Assembly: GCA_965263355.1 (NCBI GenBank) | Contig: CBDHHL010000023.1 | Span: 1 to 44,068 of the forward strand | Direction: 5' to 3' | Source: Leptolyngbyaceae cyanobacterium | GTDB taxonomy: Bacteria; Cyanobacteriota; Cyanobacteriia; Phormidesmidales; Phormidesmidaceae | Length of the DNA stretch: 44,068 bases | Shown: positions 44,053-44,068 of the stretch, in pieces | Position numbering within the stretch: the first letter of the stretch is position 1 | Layout: every line of letters starts with the position of its first letter | The notes under the pieces: model-generated | Seen by the model: only the letters and a program-made list of their open reading frames with translations | Told to the model about the DNA's origin: nothing | Database searches by the model: none | Position numbers and translations under genes: made by a program

Positions 44053-44068
44053 ATATTTCTAGATACTC

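Overview
A 44-kb segment of a large cyanobacterial phage, prophage or phage-plasmid. The host assignment rests on at least 13 HIP1 octamers (GCGATCGC) and cyanobacterial-type IS ends. No capsid, terminase, tail or integrase genes are recognisable in the window. Modules in order: Rha/P63C regulator and small promoter-driven cassettes; a SLOG/MoCo-carrier-like gene; two tandem beta-class DNA methyltransferases (one split by a 5-nt insertion right after DPPYG, one M.EcoGII-like); an FHA membrane protein; a complete IS605; a lysis cassette (M15 peptidase, GH24 lysozyme, two small membrane proteins, class-3 lipase); a Dam-like methyltransferase; a replication block (DUF3854/D5 primase-helicase, probable origin, Dda/RecD-like helicase, KilA-N protein, mitochondrial Pol-gamma-like protein with intact exonuclease but collapsed polymerase, 5'-3' exonuclease); a tRNA-Trp-like gene with a greatly extended anticodon arm; a promoter/operator/terminator unit that seems to make a non-coding RNA; two more TnpB elements; a membrane-protein plus P-loop ATPase cluster; and DUF2227, YjjX-like and EEP-nuclease genes. 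The most unusual items are the exonuclease-only Pol-gamma relative, the extended-arm tRNA with CUA at its tip, the interrupted methyltransferase, and the KilA-N protein carrying a copy of the primase C-terminal domain. All family calls come from motif recognition by eye; no searches were run.
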